Shown: in pieces, positions 61,858 to 64,000 of the stretch | Numbering within the stretch: the stretch's first letter is position 1 | How the letters are laid out: the number at the start of each line of letters is the position of its first letter | Assembly: GCA_964397315.1 (NCBI GenBank) | Contig: CAYNHV010000004.1 | Span: forward strand, 1,081 to 65,080 | Direction: 5' to 3' | DNA from: an uncultured Methanosarcinales archaeon | GTDB taxonomy: Archaea > Nanobdellota > Nanobdellia > Woesearchaeales > UBA12501 | DNA: 64,000 nt | The notes under the pieces: generated by a model | What the model was told of the DNA's origin: nothing | The model's database searches: none | The model's input: the letters and a program-made list of their open reading frames with translations, nothing else | Made by a program: the position numbers and the translations under genes

Positions 61858-64000
61858 ATGCCAACTGACAAGGAGCTGAAAAAGGATTTCAAGAAAAAGG
61901 CCAGCGCGGACCCTGACAAGTATTATGCCACAAAGGTTCTGAAGGATGAGGGTTTTGAGAGGAGGAAATGCAAAAATTGCGGGACTTTCTTCTGGACCGT
62001 GAACCTGGAACAGGAGACCTGCGGTGATCCTGCCTGCTCCGGCGGCTTCAGGTTCTTTGACAACAGCCCTGCAAAGGAAAAACTTGATTATATCCAGGTG
62101 TGGAAGAAGTTCGCAAGGCTTTTCAGGAAGTGGGGCTATACTCCCATAGAGAGGTATCCTGTTGTTGCGAGGTGGAGGGATGACGCTGACTTTGTGCAGG
62201 CTTCAATATATGATTTCCAGCCGTATGTTGTCTCAGGAGAGGTCAAGCCCCCTGCAAATCCCCTTGTTGTTCCCCAGTTCTGCCTGAGGTTCAATGATAT
62301 TGACAATGTGGGGATAACAGGTGCTCATTACACAGGATTTGTGATGATAGGCCAGCACACTTTCGTGCCTCCTGAGGAATGGGACCAGGCAAGGTATTTC
62401 AGGGACATTCACAACTGGCTCAAGCAGGGCCTGGGCCTGCCGAACAATGAGATAATATTCCATGAGGATGCATGGGCTGGGGGAGGGAACTTCGGGCCGT
62501 GCATGGAATACTTCTCAAGGGGTCTGGAGCTGGGCAACCAGGTCTACATGATGTATGAGGTGACTCCCTCAGGATCAAAAGAGCTGAACCTCAAGGTTCT
62601 GGACATGGGCATGGGGCATGAGCGCAATGCCTGGTTCACCCTGGGAAAGAGCACAAGCTATGAGACAACTTTCCCCACAGTATGCAAAAAGCTTTACAGC
62701 GCCACAGGAATAAAAGTGGATGAGAGCCTTATGAAAAGGTTCCTGCCTTACTCATCATACCTTAATGTTGATGAAGTGGAGGACATAAACAAGACATGGA
62801 ATGACGTTGCAGGCAGGGTAGGGGTTGATGTCAAGGAGCTGAGAGAAAAGGTGCTTCCCCTCTCAGCGCTTTATTCAATAGGAGAGCACACCAGAAGCCT
62901 TCTTTTCGCATTAAGCGACGGAGCCCTGCCCTCTAATGTCGGAGGAGGGTATAACCTCAGGATGATACTCAGGAGAGCGCTGTCATTCATTGACAAGCAC
63001 GGCTGGAACCTTCACCTCCCTGACATTGCTGAATGGCACGCCGAATACCTCAAGCCATTGTTTCCCGAGCTTTCAGAGAACATGGAGCAGGTTCACAAGA
63101 TTCTTGACGTGGAGAAGAGCAAGTATGAGGCCACAAAGCAGAAGACAAGGAGAATAGTGGAGGGAGTCATAAGCAGAAAGGAGAAGGTGGACGAGAAAAG
63201 GCTTCTTGAGCTTTACGACAGCCAGGGCATCTCCCCTGAGATAATCAGGGAAGAGGCAAAGAGCATGGGAAGAGAGGTGAAAGTGCCTGAGGACTTTTAC
63301 GCAAGGGTTGCAGAGCTGCATGAGAAGAAGGAGCAGACCCATGCCACAAAAAAGGAGGGAAAGCTTGACCTTTCCGGAGTTCCAGAGACAGAAGCGCTTT
63401 ATTTTGATGACTATTGCTGCATAGATTTCAGGGCAAAAGTCCTGAAAATAGACGGAAAGAATGTTGTTCTTGACCGCACAGCAGCATACCCCACAAGCGG
63501 GGGCCAGCTCCATGACATAGGAACCATAGGAGGAGAGAAATTCGTTGATGTCTTCAAGCAGGGGAATGTCATAGTGCACGTGATGGAGAAAAAGCCGGGC
63601 TTTAAGGAAGGAGACAGTGTAAAGGGAAAGATAGATTTTGAAAAAAGGAAACAGCTCGCACAGCACCACACCTCAACCCATATAGTTAACGTGGCTGCAA
63701 GAAGGGTCTTGGGAAAGCATATCAATCAGGCAGGAGCAAAGAAGACAGAGGAAAAGGCCCACCTTGATATAACACATTATCAGAGCATAAGTGATGAGGA
63801 GCTCAGGAGAATAGAGGAGGAGGCCAACAAGCTGGTCAGTGAGGGCCTGCCTGTAAGAACCTTCTTCCTTCCAAGAGAAGAAGCAGAGAAGAAATATGGC
63901 ATGGCAATATACCAGGGAGGCGCGGTTCCAGGAAACGAGATAAGGATTGTGGAGATACCTGAGGTTGATGTTGAAGCCTGCGGAGGAACCCACCTGAAAA
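61858..64000 (+). CDS. alaS: Alanyl-tRNA synthetase, archaeal type (partial, runs off the window end)
   Basis: My own translation from ATG 61858: MPTDKELKKDF...CKNCGTFFWT...RWRDDADFVQASIYDFQP..., later HHTSTH and the CGGTH editing-domain motif at the window end. Not in the ORF track because it is open at the 3' end. Confidence 0.9.
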   Translation, partial: MPTDKELKKDFKKKASADPDKYYATKVLKDEGFERRKCKNCGTFFWTVNLEQETCGDPACSGGFRFFDNSPAKEKLDYIQVWKKFARLFRKWGYTPIERYPVVARWRDDADFVQASIYDFQPYVVSGEVKPPANPLVVPQFCLRFNDIDNVGITGAHYTGFVMIGQHTFVPPEEWDQARYFRDIHNWLKQGLGLPNNEIIFHEDAWAGGGNFGPCMEYFSRGLELGNQVYMMYEVTPSGSKELNLKVLDMGMGHERNAWFTLGKSTSYETTFPTVCKKLYSATGIKVDESLMKRFLPYSSYLNVDEVEDINKTWNDVAGRVGVDVKELREKVLPLSALYSIGEHTRSLLFALSDGALPSNVGGGYNLRMILRRALSFIDKHGWNLHLPDIAEWHAEYLKPLFPELSENMEQVHKILDVEKSKYEATKQKTRRIVEGVISRKEKVDEKRLLELYDSQGISPEIIREEAKSMGREVKVPEDFYARVAELHEKKEQTHATKKEGKLDLSGVPETEALYFDDYCCIDFRAKVLKIDGKNVVLDRTAAYPTSGGQLHDIGTIGGEKFVDVFKQGNVIVHVMEKKPGFKEGDSVKGKIDFEKRKQLAQHHTSTHIVNVAARRVLGKHINQAGAKKTEEKAHLDITHYQSISDEELRRIEEEANKLVSEGLPVRTFFLPREEAEKKYGMAIYQGGAVPGNEIRIVEIPEVDVEACGGTHLK

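Overview
This is a densely coded archaeal chromosomal segment (inference from archaea-specific genes: aIF2-gamma, Rpo4/F, L21e, DUF655, TFS, aEF-1beta plus its Zn-ribbon partner, Orc1/Cdc6, NMD3, archaeal-type riboflavin synthase and RibL, EndoQ, archaemetzincin, archaeal AlaRS). Many proteins carry K/E/S-rich low-complexity tails, and the gene set fits a small-genome uncultivated archaeon. I cannot assign a lineage from sequence alone. Recognisable blocks:
- an information-processing cluster at 3-8 kb
- a glycogen island at 8.6-17.4 kb (GH57, GT4/5-like synthase, eukaryote-type GT3 glycogen synthase, GalT-like, debranching enzyme, two small paralogous accessory proteins)
- a riboflavin/FAD set (ribL; ribA-ribD-ribH-ribC) interrupted by a TrmB-like regulator and a repeat-flanked Fic gene
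- DNA repair genes (EndoQ, EndoV, XPD)
- RNA repair genes (RtcB, RtcA)
- SerRS, Orc1/Cdc6, and AlaRS, which runs off the 3' end

I found no rRNA, convincing tRNA, CRISPR array, transposase or integrase.

Most worth a second look:
1. A ~600-bp non-coding iteron-like repeat array (25.5-26.1 kb).
2. A cluster of tetraloop hairpins with alternative pairings upstream of srp54.
3. A 24-bp perfect direct repeat pair bracketing the Fic gene.
4. A duplicated srp54 3' end flanking a 106-bp insert.
5. An MtrA-like/ThyA-like/DUF4346-like fusion protein translationally coupled to a CYTH protein.
6. An orphan overlapping two-gene operon (38.8-40.3 kb).
7. An isochorismatase-like gene interrupted by a single in-frame TAA.
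8. ORB-like boxes next to orc1/cdc6.

All family calls come from motif recognition by eye. No searches were run.
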